Positions 49,701-62,819 of a DNA stretch of 64,000 nucleotides are shown here, in pieces. The stretch is from Massalongia carnosa (lineage: Eukaryota), in the NCBI GenBank assembly GCA_965645245.1, contig OZ287082.1, positions 1,302,001 through 1,366,000 of the forward strand. Direction: 5' to 3'. Under the pieces are notes generated by a model, which was not told where the DNA came from, made no database searches, and saw only the letters and a list, made by a program, of their open reading frames with translations. Both the position numbers and the translations under genes were made by a program. Each line of letters starts with the position of its first letter. Within the stretch, counting starts at the first letter, position 1.

Positions 49701-52569
49701 TTCTGAAAGGCAAAGATGCCCCGCCAAAAAGTGAGAAACTAGCCCCTCGAGCATTTGTTGGCTATCTGGTTGGATACGATTCTACAAATATTTATCGAAT
49801 CTGGAATCCCGAGACCTGGTCGGTCAGTGGGTATAGAGACGTCATTTTTGATGAAGACCAGAATTTCTCTACCTACGTCAGAAAGGAACTGATTCTCGAA
49901 GAAAAGATGTCCGAATTTGTAGAGCTGGAAGTTTTCGATGCTGCTCCCTACATTGTTGATTTGGCAGAAGATGAGGAGCAATGGCAAGCGACAGCGATAC
50001 GCAGTCGGTCATCTGCTGACCCTTCTTCGGTTGAAAATTCGTCTGCACTGGATGTGCCCGCGTCGTTGACTGCGAAAGACGTCCCTATCATGCCGAGACA
50101 TTCACCGAGTCAGCAGCATCTTCCGACTCCCGAGAGCACTCCACCTCCATCGACCTCAGCGCCTGCACCTACATCTTCTTCGTCAACATCTCGCGACAAA
50201 CGGGCGGTAAAAGACAGTCTTCCGAGTAGCATAGATCTACCGACTGATCTGCCAGAAACTGGCCGGACGCCTCTCGGCATTGCCGAATCTTTTGGCACCG
50301 GTCCCAGTAGGGATATCGGATCTGCCAAATTGGATGTCAGCAATATCGTCGAAGGAAAACGAGTCAGAAAACCGAAGCAGAAATTCGCAAATCTCGCAGC
50401 ACCTCTCGGCATCAGACCACTCGGCATCGCTTCGGAACCACTAGGGAATACAAACTCGAGATTGGTTGACGGGATGAAGGAAGTTTATTTAGCATTTGCA
50501 GTGACCACTAGATCAACGAGACTGCATCGGGACAACCTACCCCCGCCGCCAAAGCAGTGGCGAGGCATGACTCGACATCCTCATGCGGAAGGTTTTCGCA
50601 AAGCAGCCGAATTTGAATATCAGACTCTTCTCAGAATGGACGCCTTCGTCGTCATTCCCAAAACGTCCAATCAGAAGCCGCTTCCACTAATGTGGGTCTT
50701 TACATACAAGTTCGACCCGGATGGCTTTCTAGTTAAATACAAGGCACGCCTGGTAGTCCGAGGGGATTTGGAAGAAGTCTCGGCGGAAGATGTATACGCC
50801 TCTACGCTGGCAATTAAGATCTTCAGGTGCCTCATGGCCCTGACGTCTGCTTTCGGACTCAGGACAAGGCAGTTTGACGCGATCAATGCCTTCCTAAATG
50901 CCAAAGCCGATAGGGTCATCCACGTGTACATGCCAGATGGTTTCGTCATCGATGGGAAATGCTTGCTCCTGGTCCGGGCGTTGTACGGGCTTCGAAAATC
51001 GCCTCTACTATGGCTACGAGAATTCTCCAAAGCACTCACCTCATTGGACATGCAGCAGATCCCTGGCGAGCCCTGCCTTTTTACCGACTACTCTGGCATC
51101 ATCCTCTTTTTCTATGTGGATGACATAGTCATCATCTTTCCGGAAAGTAGAGCTGCAGACGTAGATCTGCTGATTCAGAAGTTGAATGCTCGATTTGAAT
51201 TACGCGACATGGGCCAATTGAGCTTCTTTCTCGGCGTACGGATTGTTCGAAATGCTGGCGACATTTATCTTTGTCAGGACTCCTACATGGACAACTTGGC
51301 AATCGAATACGGGATAGACACGTCTAAATCTTCCGTCATCCCCGCTACCGTCAGACTTCATCGCATTCACCTCTGCCTCGGCAGCTAGCCCAGACTCGGA
51401 CTCGCCTCGGTCAGTCGACCAATCCCTGAGGCAGGAGTATCGTAAAAAGGTAGGATCGATCTGCTATCCCGCGAATATCACTCGGCCGGACGTTGCCAAA
51501 GCTGCCTCCAAATTGGCAGAGCATCTCACTTGTCCCGGCCCGGAGCATCTAGACGCGACAAATCACTGCCTGCAATATCTACACGCGACTAAGTATCTGG
51601 CGATAAAATACTCCCCCTCGGGAGGTGGCGAGCTTACCGTGCAGTCTCCGGATGATGATCAGCTCTCGGCAAAGCATGTCTTCGAAAACACTGCCGATGC
51701 CAGCTTTGCAAATAGTCCCGAGCGACGCAGCTACGAGGGTTTCACATTCAAGCTGTATGGCGGCATGATCGACTGGGCTGCCAGGAAGCAGGCGACCGTT
51801 TCAACGTCGACGACAGAGGCAGAATTGCTTGCCCTTCTCCATGCCGGCAAGGCATGCATCTGGTGGATCAACTTCTTTGGCAAGCTGGGATTCGACTACG
51901 ACCATTCGGTCAAAATTTACAACGACAACATGCAGACTATCCGTATTTTGACATCGGAACACCCCAAAGTTACGACCAAACTTCTGCATGTGGACATCGC
52001 TCAGTTGTGGTTGAGACAGAGCGTTCAATTTGGTCATCTCAATGTGGGTTATCTACAGACCAATCGGATGACGGCAGATGGTCTCACCAAGCCCTTGCCT
52101 CCGCAAAAGCATCGTTCCTTTCTGGAAATGCTAGGCCTTATTGATATCAAGTGTCTGATTTAGGAATGGGGCAGGCGGGAGTGAACCGGGCGGAATTCCT
52201 CTCGGCGGGCAGAAATTTCTTTTCATTGGCACCTCATTTTGATTTTGCAAGAATTGCACCTTTTTCTCCAATGGGAATTGCTTCATGTTTTCTTCTTTTG
52301 GTCAGGATGCTTCGCATCCTGGGGGGGTGTGTCAAACCTGAATGCGGTCGATTCTCATCGCCGATCCTCGACCCCCTGTCGCGGCAGATGCCGCTAAGAC
52401 TACGCCATTTCTTTCCCACCTTTACCCCTCAATTTGCCGGGGTTGATATCGTTGCCGCCATGACCCCTTTTCCCTTCTATATAGGTAGCTAGATGTGGGC
52501 ATTTCCCACATACGGAATACAGTCTTTTCATCCTTCCTGAATCCATGTGATTGGTCAGAAAGGTTGACA
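46743..52569 (+). mobile_element. Near full-length Ty1/copia retrotransposon, TSD AAAAG
   Basis: LTRs are 46743-46965 and 52330-52569 (TGTCAA...TTGACA). PBS is GTTATGAGCCC and a G-run PPT precedes the 3' LTR. The 5-bp TSD is exact. Confidence 0.97.
47210..52163 (+). CDS. Copia gag-pol polyprotein with one frameshift at ~51330
   Basis: Gag CLCGETH..C, protease YDSGCSNH, HLRLGH..CETC, integrase HFDL..RMD..EQNGSAER, RT FYVDD, and RNase H ADAS..TEAE..DN..ADGLTK in the second frame. Confidence 0.9.
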
Positions 52570-54149
52570 AAAAGACTTCTTAATGGGTATATGTCGTACT
52601 ATGAAGCGTATCGTACCGATTGATCACCTTCGAAGCAAAAAGACACTCGGTTCGAGTCAGGACGGATCTCGCGAGTTCATCTCCCTTTTGGCTACGATTT
52701 GCGCCGACGGTAGCGCTCTAACACCAGCTTTGATCTATCAGGGGGATTCGTACGATCTACAAGATACCTGGCTCGAAGATTATGACTGCTCATCAGATGG
52801 AGCTTACTTTGCTGTATCCAAAAAGGGCTGGACCAATGAAGAACTGGGGCTTTCCTGGCTTTCAAAGCTTTTCGAACCGATTACGCGCAAAAAGACAGGT
52901 AACGCTAGGCGCCTATTGATTATCGATGGTCATTCGAGCCATTTAAACATGAAGTTTATCGAGTTATGCGATAATCATGGGATTATCCTAGCTATTTTGC
53001 CTCCGCATTCTACACGTCGGTTACAGCCCCTGGATGTTGGAATCTTCTCACCGCTCTCTACCGCCTATTCGAACCAAATTGACCATTTGATCCAGTCGAG
53101 CCAGGGCTTCTCTCGAGTTACTAAGCGTAGCTTTTGGTCTATGTTCCGTACGGCATGGAAAACAACCCTAAGCTTCGAAAATATAGGCTCAGCTTTCGCT
53201 GCCACTGCGGTTTACCCACTATGCCCCGAAAAGGTTATAAACCAGCTCAAAAGGAAGACTCCATCACCAATTCAAAGCGATAGCGAATCTAAGAAAATTA
53301 CTCCGGGGTCCGTACGAGGTGCACGAAGAGCAGTCAAAGCGATTCGATCCGAAACGACCGACATAGCTGAAGGACTGGGTTTGATGATTCGAGCAAGCGA
53401 GAAACTAGCAATTAAAAATGATATACTGGAACACGAGATTCTTGGGCTTCGTACAGCACTAGCAGACGAAAAAAATGCCGGAGAAGGGGGAAACCGATGG
53501 GTCTATTTGTCAAAGATGAGCCTGGGCAGGCTATGTTCTTTTCTCCGGCTAAAATTGCTGCGGTTCGGACCCGTCAAGAGGAGCTCGAGGCTCAGAAAGA
53601 ATAGGAGAAGCTTGAAAAGAAAGTAGAGCGTCAAAATCGGGCTGCTGAGAGGGAGCGCAAAGCTCAGGAAGTTCAGGAACGGCGCGAAACTAGGCAGAAG
53701 ACTCGGGCTGAAAAGTTAGAGCAGAAGCAGCGCGAAAAAGAAGCTCGTACGAAGCAGAAGGATCTTAACAAGCAGCTTAGGCTTGAAGAGCAGTCAGAAA
53801 AGGATCAAAAGAAGCAAGCTACTATAGCTAGAAAGCGAAAACTGGAGGATCCACCTCCTATAGAGACGAAACTGCCCGAAACGAGAGTAGCTCGTAGCGG
53901 GCGCACTGCAGTGATCCCTTCTGAAGTTAAGGAGTAGAAAATAGATGTATCGTGTTCGTACAATGCTATTTACCCTTTCATATGATTTTATAGCTTTATT
54001 TTCATTGTTCATCGAGATATTCTAGTTTTAGGTCGTAATTACCATTTCTGGAGGGGTATTCATCCGGTGATAAAATACGATATTTCTTCGTGTAAGACGT
54101 ACGGAAACAATTAAATCGAATTAGAAATATTAATAACTGTTGAGATATA

Positions 54150-54745
54150 TATGACTATGATTATGATGATGATGTATTCATACTCCGATATGACACTGGC
54201 CGTAGGCCGGCCCATGCGGGCAAAGCTATCTAAGTTATGTTACATGGAAAACCTTTCACAGGTGTAAAAACTATATCCCATGATACCCGTCCGATGTGAC
54301 TACGGGTCGACGTCGGGCGGGAGACGCAATGCAAAAGACGTATGGGAACTGTAATGCCTTGTGAAAAGAGAAGAAAGAAAGAAAGGTTCAACTACTGTTG
54401 ATTGTACAATAATGTTGATGCTAGTGAGAACTGATTCAAGCCTGTTTTCATTAGCCAAGCAGTTAGTATCTTCAGAGTTTTGATGATTCGGTCAGCTGCT
54501 GATAGTCGCTCGTGCCGGCGGCGCGAAACATCTGTTCTCTATTGCCAATAAGTCTGCAGAACATGATTACATGTTCTGAAGTTTGTCTGTGCCAGCCACA
54601 TGAGCAGGCCGGTGAGGTGACGGAGGGCACCCGTCGCTTGTAGAGGAAGTCAGCTAACCCGATCTTGCCAGTGCGGATTTGTGTTGTTAGAGCGCTTTCT
54701 GCCTTTTTTAACTGCGTGTATATTTTCAGCCGTTTTTTGCTCAGT
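54150..54745 (-). mobile_element. LINE 3' fragment, uninterrupted homolog of 17805-19055
   Basis: Encodes KAESALTTQIRTGKIG..CSCG..HVIMFC, with the same 3' UTR, hairpin and CAT tail. Confidence 0.88.
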
Positions 54746-54852
54746 GGGACTGATAAGTAGGACTGATATATGCGTTGAGGGCGTTGAATAACTTCATTCA
54801 TCATCATCATAATAATGGTATATCTGATGACATAGACAACGAGATAACGTCT

Positions 54853-55023
54853 TGTGACGAAGCGAGATAGTGAATAAATTTCTACCATTGCGCCACCTGT
54901 CCTTCCCGACTAAAAGGCACAATACTTAGTCCGCAGACCAAGCTCTATTCTACAATAACTGGGACTCCTGCTATTTTCGCTGTAGGTCCTGCCGTCCGCA
55001 CCACGCATGGTCGAACCGTTACA
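54853..55023 (-). mobile_element. Solo LTR, family A, TSD CGTCT
   Basis: Reverse-complement copy with an exact 5-bp TSD. Confidence 0.92.
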
Positions 55024-55688
55024 CGTCTGAAGAAGCATCAAACGACGTCGAAGATAAATGTCAAGGACTGGGTTGGGAATTGAGCTAATGTTCCTAGGAA
55101 TTGGATTGGATGATCAAGATGTCTTTATTAATGAGGCTATAGCTAGGAGGTGGCTTGCTATACAAGACGTCGGACGAGGAGTCAACTATCTACTGGATAT
55201 GTCCTCTTTTTATACCTGAGCCGGCCCCTTCTTTCTCATGTTTTACCTTCACCCTAGATGAGAGATTTTGGTGATGGTGGCGGCGATAAGGTGGAGCGAT
55301 AAGTGGGCCAGTGGATGTGATCGTTCTAGCGATAAGAGGGTATAGTGGAGTGAGGAGGGGTTTATTCAGACTCATACCGAGGATGAATCTGAATGGGCTT
55401 TTAGCTGGCTTTTACCTCGATCGCCGCTTGGCGGTTCGGGGTAATCAATTAGGTTTTAACTCAAACTTTATTTCATGACAATAAAGATGAAGAAGATAAA
55501 AGTTCAAATTATCTTGAGAAAGATAGTAAATTCAGAAATGCCAAACGAGAGGATATTGCTACTCAAATGTGGATTCAATATAGACAACATATATATTAGA
55601 GCGAAATCTCCATGGAATAGATCAGATTTCAGTGATAACTTGATGCATTGAGTCGAGAAAGTGCTTTATATGAGAAAGATTTTCGCAT

Positions 55689-57334
55689 GTGGAAGTTCCT
55701 AGTCAACAGAATCAAACTCATGACCAACCAAACCCGAAAGATGATGTCACTCAAAACGTACCACCAATCCCAACTTCCGAAGAGTCGCCCATAGCGAATG
55801 ATTCAATCCCAGCCGCAGCTGTGCCTAAGGCTAGCACTAGCATATTCTCTCATGTTGCAATCCCGAAGCGAAAGCGATCTGATGAAGACTCAGTTCCCGA
55901 AGAACCGGCTTTCAAAATACCGCGCGCTTTTCTAGCGCTGTTCGCCGACGATAATAACGAGGATGAAGATGGCTATCTCAAATTCGAATCTGCCCTAACG
56001 GCTGGTGCTTCTTCATTTGAAAGAAACATACCCGAGCCTAAGTCTTACAAGCAAGCAGTAAATGATCCGGTGTGGGGGGAACTATGGAAAGAAGCAGTGA
56101 ACACCGAGATCAAGGCGCTCATCGGTAATAAGACTTGGAAAGAAGTTGTTCCACCTCCCAAAACGAACATTGTCGCCTGCAAATGGGTGTTTAAAGTAAA
56201 AACCAACCTCGATGGTTCATTGGAGAAGTTTAAAGCAAGATTAGTCGCCCGTGGGTTTACTCAAAAATACGGCATCGACTATGAGGACACTTTCGCCCCC
56301 ACGGTAAGATCAGATACCCTACGTGCAGTGCTTGCCATAGTAGCGATGGAAAACCTGGAATGTCATCAAGTGGACGTGAATAACGCATTTACCCAATCAA
56401 CCTTGAAAGATGTCATTTACATGACCGCACCAGAAGGAGTAAACGTTGCCCCTGGTAGAGTTCTTCAGATTCTGCAGTCTGTACGGTTTAAAGCAGTCCG
56501 CCAGAGAATGGAATAGCCGCTGTACAAATGAGCTGACCAAACTAGGCTTCATTCAATGCTCATCTGACCCATGCCTATTCACTCATCCTAAAAAGGGAAT
56601 CATCATATTCATGCACGTAGATGACCTGGTGATCGCCTCCAAAATGATGAAAGAGATTAATTGGTTCAAGAAAGAATTCAATGCTGCCGTTAGCATCAAG
56701 GACCTAGGAGAAGTGTCGAAGGTTCTGGGCATACGAGTAACCAGAGATCGGAAAAATCGAACTCTTCGAATGGACCAGACGCATTATCTCAAAGATATGA
56801 TGGAGAGAACACATATGAGCGCTGACAAACATAGGCCTACCGAAATTCCAATGAACGGCTATGATTCATTGCGACCGGCTGGAAAAGATGATAAGCGCAT
56901 AGATCAAAGAGAATATCAGCAAATTGTTGGAAGCCTGATGTACGCGGCAATTCATACGCGGCCAGATATAGCTTTTGCTCTTGGAAGGCTAAGCCAATAT
57001 CTCAGTGATCCAGCTGCTCATCACGGTCATGCACTAAAGACGCTGCTTAGATACGTTCGGTCCACCATTGACATCGGTATACTGTATGGGGCTGGGGGGA
57101 ATCATGGCCAAGGCCTCATTGGGTATTCCGACTCAGACTACGCAGCTGATAGGCTCGAAAGAAAATCGATCTTGGGATACGTGTACTCGTACATACCCAG
57201 CGGAGAGATGATTGCCGACGGCCTAACCAAGCCTCTAAATAAGCCCATCTTCAATCGGTTCATTAGTCAATTGGGACTGCAAAAATGGAAAGATTAAGGT
57301 AGTATCGCACCGCAGGGGGACTGTTGAATGGCGG
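55689..57334 (+). mobile_element. Copia RT/RNase H fragment with PPT and start of the 3' LTR
   Basis: Motifs KARLVARG, HQVDVNNAF, SLYGLKQS, MHVDD and GYSDSD. RNase H is internally deleted before ADGLTK and there is a frameshift at ~56480. GCAGGGGGAC precedes TGTTGAA at ~57322. Confidence 0.88.
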
Positions 57335-60300
57335 CAGTGTTCGCAATGGAGTGATTCTTAATGGATATCCACTCCATTTAATCCACTCCAATCCACTCCA
57401 AAGGTTTTTTTTTTAAATGGAGTCCATCCAATAAGGTTTTAGGCTTAATGGAGTCACTCCAATAAGGATTTATCTAATGGAGTGGACTCCATGGAGCCCA
57501 ATGGATTAGGGCCTAAAAATAGGTGGTGTTTTAGGTATAGCTCCAGGGGCCTTAAAGCTATGGTAATTCCCACATTTTAAGTGATATTTCACTTGTTTTA
57601 CTGCTTTTATTCGTGTCAACCTACAAATATCACTTGCTATGGACTGAATTTGCTTCTATTTAAACTAGAAACCACCAAAATCCGTCCCGAACCGTACTTG
57701 CAGTGATGTCTGATATTAGTGACGATACAACTACAACCCGCCCCGACCCTGGCGAGACAGAGTCAGTATTTGAGCTTCCTGGAGCATGTGATATCGACGT
57801 TCCTGAACGTATTACGCGTGGCAGAAAGCGTACGGTTGGTTCAGCAGAGCTTGGGAATGAAGCTTCAAGAGTATTGATCCATATCCTTTATTTAATCAAG
57901 CTTATATATTAATATATGGCAGAGGTCTCCATCCCAGTCAGCCCTGAGCTTTTCTCGACGTTCCCCTGCACCCTCCACGACTTCCCAAGCTACGGAGCGT
58001 CCCCATATCATCCTGAGCGGCACTATATACTCTGAGAACGACAGGAACGCTCCTGGTAACCATTCCAGCAGCCCTTCTAGGCCGTCACCTATAACCTCTA
58101 TTGAAGGCAGGGTTATTGGTGGCCGGTTTTCGTCTCCTACAAGTGGAATAGCTTCAAAGAGAGCTAGAGCGAGCCGTAGTTGGATATGGGATTGGGGCAC
58201 CAAGGCAGAGAGGGAGGGCAAGGCCTATTGGGTGTGTAACAAATGTAAAGTACCAGATTTATACTTATTTGCCATGTTTGCTATGAAAATTTGTATAGAA
58301 CTCAGTGTAATTCCGCCCATTTTATATGTACCGAACCATCGAGTTGTCATTTTGACATGTACTATACATTTGTCCAATATCTATTTAATTTATATTAACG
58401 ATTATTAAAGCTAATTAACTACAGGTGTTGCAGACGGTTCTAATACTGAGTATATGATCACAAACGGCACTGCTTCATGTGGAGAGCACTTACGAAAGGA
58501 CCATAATTCTTGTTCCACCTAAGGAAGCAGCTGCTAGGGCATCTATCTCTGTTGTTGAACATCTTCAACAAGGGGTAGTAGTTGCTCCTTTTAGTCCAGA
58601 AGTCTTTCGACAAAAGCTCTTACGATTTCTTTGTATTTGTCATATTCCTTTTGCCATTGTAGAGCAGCGTGCTTTTCGAGACCTGCTTTTATATTCAAGT
58701 CCGTATTTACGAGGCAATGATACACTCCCCAAGTCGGGCAATTCCATTAAAGCTGCACTATTAGAGATATTTCTAGCTTGTCAACTTGTATTGATTCAGT
58801 TATTAGTGGAAAGCAACTGCCAAGTCCATATATCCTTTGACTTATGGTCGTCTCCTAATAATTTCTCTATGCTAGGTCTTTGCTGTCACTTTATTGATCG
58901 TTCCTGGCAAGCACGTACAGTGATTCTTGGCATGAAGCGTCTTATTGAACCCCATAGTGGAGAGAATATGTCAAAATTAATAGTCAAGGCCCTTGAAGTT
59001 TATAAACTAGGGGGTAGGCTCGGCTACTGTGTTTTGGATAATGCCGGTGATAACGACACTTGCTTGAGAGCAGTCAAGGAACATCTCCTTTTGCAGGGAG
59101 TTAGGTGGGACGCTGATACTCACCGACTACGTTGTTTCGGCCATATCGTTAATCTCGTGGCAACTGCATTCTTAGAGAACAAACCTACGAAGCAAGCGCG
59201 TCAACGACTCCCAGGGGAGCCCAAGGCAGTCTGGAAACGTCCAATAGATGCTATTACGAAGCTTCATGTGATTATTGTCTTTATAATGGCCACCGCTCAA
59301 AGGATCGAGCAGTTTGAAGGGATTAATAAGACGATTCAAGACCCTCTCTTGCATCCAATTAAAGAGCAAATCACTAGATGGTTTTCAACTCTTAATATGC
59401 TTCGACGGGCCATTCAAATCAAAGACTCTCTTGATCTATTCGTCCATCGTAACTCTGAGCAATCATTTACTGAGAAGACTCTTTTTGATTCGCAAATGAC
59501 GGTTGACGATTGGAACTACGCCAAGGAAGTGATTGCTTTTATGGAACCACCCGAAGAGCTTATGATGAGTTTACAAGGAAGAGAGATGTCTGGTATATTA
59601 TATAAGCTTTAAATAACTCGATAATCACTAAGCTTTTAATAGGAAATAATGGTTACGCTCACCAAGTGCTCCCTTCATATGATTTAATAAAAAAGGGGAT
59701 GGAAGAGCAGCTATTTGGCATTGAGCTTGATGAAGTCGATCAGTCAAACCCACAGGAACTAGCTAGTAAACGACTGGAACTGAACATTATTAACGCCATG
59801 CAAAAGCTAGAGAAATACCGTCAACTACTCACTTCCCCTATTTATTTAGTGGCCGTCGTCCTGATGCCCTGGTATAAGTGGACTTATTTTGAGGATAGTA
59901 TGAGTGCTAGTGACCTTGCTCAAGCTCGTACGAAGGTCCAAAAACTTTGGCAAGACTTATATGCAAATATAGAGGTTGCTGAAGATGATACACCGTCACC
60001 TGGAAGTCAAAATAATAAGGTATATTAACACTTATTAATATAAAAACACGGCTAACTATATTTGTAGCACGCTAAGCCCTCCCTTTTGAAGGAACACCTT
60101 AAAAGGAGTACAAATAAAGCTAAATCCACTGTTAGAGATGAATATAGACGGTACTGTAATACAGAACCAGTTGATGAAGATGGTTGCGGGTTCTCTGGCC
60201 ACTTAGAATGGTGGAAAGCTCACGAGCCTCACTATCCTAGACTAGCTCAAATGGCCAGGGATATATTCTCTGTGCCTGGCATGAGTGCAGAGGTCGAACG

Positions 60301-61144
60301 CTTGTTCTCTTCGTCCAAATTGATGATTCCAGATCATAGGAATCGTCTAAAACCCGACTTTATTGAGGCAGGAGAGTGTATTAGAAGCTGGGCCATGGGT
60401 GGGCTAGTTCTAGGAGACTATTTCGAGTACTTACCAGCGTACCAGAAGGCAGGAGAGAAGTTCGGGGATCAAGGGAACCCATAGGAGGTGGGATGAGTGC
60501 ATGGTTGCCAAGGGGACTAGAAGTTGATATTTGCTATGTTTGATGGCAAATTTGGCATTGCTGGAAAGGTTCTTTTAGGTATCTTTTGAATTTTTCCTAG
60601 TTAATTTTAGTTGAAAGGTTCAAAAACTACTTTGAGTTCGTGGAGAACAAATGCAAAAACACTCCTTCCTCATCACTTCAACATCGCAACCTCAATCTAC
60701 CACCTATATTTCAGACTCTACCCCCTAGCCGAGGTTTACCGGGCCATGGAAGGTGCGAAAATCCAGCCAAAATCATCAAAACACAAAGGTCGTCGTCCTC
60801 GCTTAGCTGGGTCGTCGTCTCGATTAGACAATTTATATCTACTACAAAGTGGTTTTACGCTCGAGGGAGGTTCCGGAAAGGTTTGTACGCACTGCACTTC
60901 AGTGGAGTCCATGGAGTCCATGGATTAAATGGATTAAATGGATTTAATCCAGTGGAGTCCACTGGATTTACTCCACTGGAGATCCATGGACTCCGATCCA
61001 CTCCATCCATTAAATATATTCCTTAATGGAGTCCAATCCATTAAGGTTTAATCTTAATGGACTCCAATCCATATAGGTCTAGACTTAATGGATTGGATTG
61101 GAGCGCCACTCCAATCCAATCCAGTCACTCCATTGCGAACACTG
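57335..61144 (+). mobile_element. hAT DNA transposon (Restless-like) with both TIRs
   Basis: Perfect 20-bp TIR CAGTGTTCGCAATGGAGTGA with dense subterminal TGGAGT/TGGATT repeats at both ends. Confidence 0.93.
57706..60484 (+). CDS. hAT transposase, spliced, with a probable 1-bp frameshift at ~58505
   Basis: BED finger WIW..WVCNKC..HLRKDH, then SFDLWS, LDNAGDND, RCFGHIVNL, TRWFST and the dimerisation region WWK..YPRLAQMARD..SAEVERLFS. Confidence 0.85.
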
Positions 61145-61682
61145 CTGCCGTACCACCTCATTACCTAGCTGTGTGCGGATCACCTGAGACGTTATTCCCA
61201 AGCCGTTATGTTGCCGTCTGGCACAGCACATAAGATGGCTGTCTCATCTAACAAGAAGGAGGAGGACCTAGACGAGGATGAGGAGGAGGAGGAGGACAAT
61301 CAGGAGGACGAGGAGGACGAGGAGCATGATACGGAAGACAGTAGCTGTTGAGGAAATTGATTTTTATGAATTATATTCAATACTAGACTGTCGAAACAAT
61401 GCACCTGCATCATGTGAAACATCTTCACTTATAGCCTGCAGTGCTATGAAAATATAGCTTCACTTTGTAGGTATAATAGCATGATTGTCATTGAAGGTGT
61501 GGATTATATGGGAGCTATCTACTCATTATATAACATTCACATTGAAGACTTTCCGGCGACCCCCTTTCATAGGGAGTCAGCTGGTCCACTGATTCTCGGT
61601 CTCCGGAGGTCACTTCGGCCCCCGTGGAAGGATCACCGAAGATAGGCACTAGATGGATGCCCATGATGGTAGTCTAACAGTT

Positions 61683-61864
61683 CTTACCATCTAACACTTA
61701 CCATCTAACACTTACCATCTAACACTTACCATCTAACACTTACCATCTAACACTTACCATCTAACACTTACCATCTAACCCTTACCATCTAACACTTACC
61801 ATCTAACACTTACCATCTAACACTTACCATCTAACACTTACCATCTAACACTTACCATCTAACA
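61683..61864. repeat. 14-bp minisatellite (CTTACCATCTAACA) x13
   Basis: Direct tandem array with one variant unit. An inverted partial copy and another direct copy follow at ~61890-61920. Confidence 0.95.
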
Positions 61865-61919
61865 GTTCTTATCATCTTATAACTAGATAAATGTTAGATG
61901 TTAGTCCTTACCATCTAAC

Positions 61920-62815
61920 AAGTGCATCTTCTAAAAATCTCCCAAATCCACCAGTTTCCTCTGTATATGAATCAATTAAACTGCTGTGACGTTTAATCCA
62001 GGCCTTTAGAATAGAGAATGAAGTCTCGTCTCTATTGGATTAAAATCGGGTGAATACGGAGGCAAATGAACCAGCAAAACATTTGCATCCTGACACATGA
62101 TCCTCAATTCCTCACTCCAATGTATAGAGGCATTATCCATAATCAAAACCAAACGAGGACCATTACCTCCAGCGCAGTATGGTAAAACCTTGAGCCTGAC
62201 GAATTCATTCAAAATATCTGATGTTATAGAGCCATGATGCACCTCCCAAGCTATGAAACCGTCGATGATGAACGCTAGTAATATACTCCATCTCTTAGAA
62301 CGTTTGAGCGCTTGAATCATGGTCGGTTTGATTCCTGGTGCGGCCCATCCATATCGACGATCACCTAAAGTAATAACAATTAGCAAAGAAACTGAAGTTC
62401 TTCAAATAGTACTGACCAGTACGCTCGCATGCAGCGCTTTCGTCCAGAAAAATCAACTGATCAGCCCTTCATCCTCTCAGTCTAATCATCCACTCATCAC
62501 GCAAAGATGGTTGCGTTGTTGTGCTATACGAATGGTCATCTTTCGATTCCAGGCCATCTGCTTCAGAGTTCGAGAAACCGTAGACTCGCTCGCCAAGACG
62601 TCGAATTCATCATACAAAAATCCGCACATCTCGTCCAAATAAGAGATAGGTCTCTGATCCAGATACACGAGTAGTTGATCGATTTGTTGTTGATTCAGTT
62701 TCTTGCGCCGGCCAGCAGTAAGCTGAGGTTTTGCAACCTCATTGAACCGTTCTCAATTACGTCTCATCTTACGTAGTTGTCTGATGCTGACACCAGCAGC
62801 AGTTATGATCGTGAT
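61920..62815 (-). mobile_element. Tc1/mariner (IS630-like DDE) transposase remnant
   Basis: HTH region YLDEMCGFLYDEF..SESTVSRTLK, then DESAA, IMDNASIH and LPPYSPDFNPIE. Frameshifted. Confidence 0.8.
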
Positions 62816-62819
62816 ATCC

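Larger units (their letters stand above)
46695..54100 (+). mobile_element. pogo/Fot1-type transposon remnant split by the copia insertion
   Basis: Removing the copia and one TSD restores NFDEKDFLMGIC. ORF 52583..53626 has SKKGWT, LLIIDGHSSH and LPPHSTRRLQPLDVG. A possible ACGT terminus lies at ~54100. Confidence 0.8.

Noticed and set aside
51320..51390. Programmed frameshift in the copia pol
   Set aside because: It lies within RT with no slippery sequence. A mutation or assembly indel is more likely.
55470..55600. REDIATQMWIQY resembling a PIF/Harbinger transposase tail
   Set aside because: Too short and degenerate to support a call.
61250..61350. Acidic GAG/GAC-rich tract
   Set aside because: Low-complexity fragment with no gene model.
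61683..61864. Possible telomeric repeat
   Set aside because: The unit is not TTAGGG-like and the array is internal, flanked by TE sequence.
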